DNA of 64,000 nucleotides from an uncultured Bacilli bacterium (GTDB lineage Bacteria; Bacillota_I; Bacilli_A; RF39; UBA660): NCBI GenBank assembly GCA_910586295.1, contig CAJUGE010000011.1, positions 22,798 to 86,797 of the forward strand, read 5' to 3'. Shown piece by piece: positions 62,307 to 64,000 of this stretch (position 1 is its first letter; each line of letters starts with the position of its first letter). The notes under the pieces were generated by a model. It saw only the letters and a program-made list of their open reading frames with translations, ran no database searches and was not told where the DNA came from. The position numbers and the translations under genes were made by a program.

Positions 62307-62929
62307 TGGCAAAAACTAAAGTATTATCACTTAGTGGTGAATCTAAAAAAGATATCACATTAAATGATGAAATATGGAATATAGAAATAAACGAAGTGGT
62401 TTTAACAGATGCTATTAAATTACAAATGGCTTCACTAAGACAAGGAACACACAAAACAAAAGACAGAAGTGAAGTAAGTGGTGGCGGACGTAAACCATGG
62501 AGACAAAAAGGAACAGGACGCGCTCGTCAAGGTTCAATCAGAGCTGCACAATGGGTAGGAGGCGGAATAGTATTTGGACCTACTCCTAGAAGTTACAGTA
62601 TCAAAATGAATAAAAAAGAAAGAAGACTTGCAATCAAAAGTGCACTTTCAGATAAGTTCCAAAATAAAGGGCTATGTGTAGTTGATAATTTAGAATTATC
62701 TACTCCAAAAACTAAAGACTTTAACAAAGTATTAGATACATTAAAACTAGATGGAAAAACATTAATAGTAACAGATGGAGAAAATGGAAACATTGCACTA
62801 GCATCAAGAAATTTACAAAATACTCATGTTATAGAACCTACAAGTATTAATGTACTAGACCTAGTTGGAGCAGATAACTTACTAATCGACGAAGCAAGCG
62901 TAGCAAAAATAGAGGAGGTGCTTAAATAA
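62306..62929 (+). CDS. rplD: 50S ribosomal protein L4
   Basis: RQGTHKTKDRSEVSGGGRKPWRQKGTGRARQGS hallmark. Confidence 0.97.
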   Translation: MAKTKVLSLSGESKKDITLNDEIWNIEINEVVLTDAIKLQMASLRQGTHKTKDRSEVSGGGRKPWRQKGTGRARQGSIRAAQWVGGGIVFGPTPRSYSIKMNKKERRLAIKSALSDKFQNKGLCVVDNLELSTPKTKDFNKVLDTLKLDGKTLIVTDGENGNIALASRNLQNTHVIEPTSINVLDLVGADNLLIDEASVAKIEEVLK

Positions 62930-63198
62930 TGAATTATGAAATAATCAAAGCACCAGTTATAACTGAAAAAACAAGCAATCTTACAAACGAAAACGTATAT
63001 GTTTTCAAAGTTGACAAGAAAGCAAACAAAACACAAATTAAACAAGTTATTGAAACAAAATTCGGTGTTAAAGTAGAAAGCGTTAATACAACTAACACAC
63101 AAAGCAAAAAGAAAAGAGTAGGAAAATACACTGGTTTCACTACTGCTTACAAGAAAGCATACGTAAAACTTAAGGAAGGCTCTAAAATAGAGTTTTAG
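62929..63198 (+). CDS. rplW: 50S ribosomal protein L23
   Basis: IIKAPVITEKT N-terminus; 89 aa. Confidence 0.95.
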   Translation: MNYEIIKAPVITEKTSNLTNENVYVFKVDKKANKTQIKQVIETKFGVKVESVNTTNTQSKKKRVGKYTGFTTAYKKAYVKLKEGSKIEF

Positions 63199-63209
63199 AA
63201 GGTGATTAA

Positions 63210-64000
63210 ATGGCAATTAGAAAATTTAAACCAATAACAAATGGTACTAGAAATATGAGTACCTTAGTAAATGAAGAAATCACTAAGGCTACTCCTTTAA
63301 AAAAATTAACAAAGAAAACTAAAAGTAATTCTGGAAGAAATAACCAAGGTAAAATCACTGTAAGACATCGTGGAGGCGGAGTAAAAAGAAAATACCGTGT
63401 AATAGATTTCAAAAGAAATAAAGACGGTGTAATAGGAACTGTTGCTTCTATAGAATACGATCCAAATAGAAGTGCTAACATAGCTTTAATTAACTATGCA
63501 GATGGAGAAAAAAGATATATCATTGCACCTCTAGGATTAAACGTTGGAGATAAAATAGAAAGTGGAGAAAATGTTGACATCAAAACAGGAAATGCACTTC
63601 CACTAATGAACATTCCAGTAGGTACAGTAGTACATAATATAGAATTAAATCCTGGAAAAGGGGCACAACTAGCACGTTCTGCTGGATCTAGTGCACAAAT
63701 CCTAGGAAGAGAAGGAAAATACGTTTTACTAAGATTAAAATCTGGTGAAACAAGAAAAATTCAAGGTGTATGTCGTGCTACTATAGGAACTGTTGGTAAC
63801 CTAGATTACGAACTAGTATCTTTAGGAAAAGCTGGACGTAAGAGACATAAGGGATGGCGTCCAACAGTACGTGGATCTGTCATGAACCCTAACGATCACC
63901 CACACGGTGGTGGTGAAGGACGCGCACCAATCGGACGTAAAGGACCTATGACTCCTTGGGGTAAACCTGCACTTGGATATAAAACACGTAAGAAAAATAA
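63210..64000 (+). CDS. rplB: 50S ribosomal protein L2 (3' end outside the window)
   Basis: [15 protein letters not shown] ... HPHGGGEGR motifs; ORF runs off the window end. Confidence 0.95.
   Translation, partial: MAIRKFKPITNGTRNMSTLVNEEITKATPLKKLTKKTKSNSGRNNQGKITVRHRGGGVKRKYRVIDFKRNKDGVIGTVASIEYDPNRSANIALINYADGEKRYIIAPLGLNVGDKIESGENVDIKTGNALPLMNIPVGTVVHNIELNPGKGAQLARSAGSSAQILGREGKYVLLRLKSGETRKIQGVCRATIGTVGNLDYELVSLGKAGRKRHKGWRPTVRGSVMNPNDHPHGGGEGRAPIGRKGPMTPWGKPALGYKTRKKN

Noticed and set aside
1-64000. CRISPR arrays, rRNA/tRNA genes, DnaA-box clusters
   Set aside because: No regularly spaced direct repeats, no tRNA-like GC-rich cloverleaf segments in intergenic regions, and no TTATCCACA clusters were found by eye; the oriC/dnaA region presumably lies just upstream of the window.

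Overview
Very AT-rich (about 27% GC, judged by eye) chromosomal segment from a low-GC, endospore-forming Firmicute (Clostridia-like). UGA is a stop codon here, because prfB carries the classic UGA-dependent +1 frameshift site. The window starts inside the origin-proximal cluster rnpA-yidC-jag-mnmE-mnmG-rsmG-(tsaC)-parB. It continues through a class A PBP, rpoE(delta), prfA-prmC, spoIIR, murA, prfB, gerQ-like, dacB-like, rplI-dnaB, M23 peptidase-MBL-rlmH, ftsEX plus an M23 activator, whiA, clpP, a long-form uridine kinase, and a glycolytic cluster gap/pgk/tpiA/gpmI. It ends at the S10 ribosomal operon (rpsJ rplC rplD rplW rplB, truncated).

The backbone is interrupted by accessory pieces:
- two hypothetical genes between jag and mnmE;
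- an IS3/IS150 transposase relic;
- a 639-aa orphan protein on the opposite strand between rlmH and yitT;
- an AAA(DUF4143) ATPase plus a cadC-cadA metal-efflux module between gap and pgk;
- an HD hydrolase, an HExxH protein and an ORF6N/antirepressor-like relic between tpiA and gpmI, followed by an unusually placed spo0A;
- an 8-kb accessory block (tandem ABC exporters with near-identical NBDs, a P-loop kinase-like gene, two paralogous DUF genes, a degraded AAA ATPase, a SAM methyltransferase) just upstream of the S10 promoter.

Nine frameshifts in five genes lie in homopolymers or an AT repeat (eight are apparent missing bases in 2-7-nt runs; the AAA ATPase one is an apparent extra base). 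This suggests either systematic assembly error or real slipped-strand pseudogenization. No rRNA, tRNA or CRISPR was seen. All protein identifications are by motif recall, not by a search.
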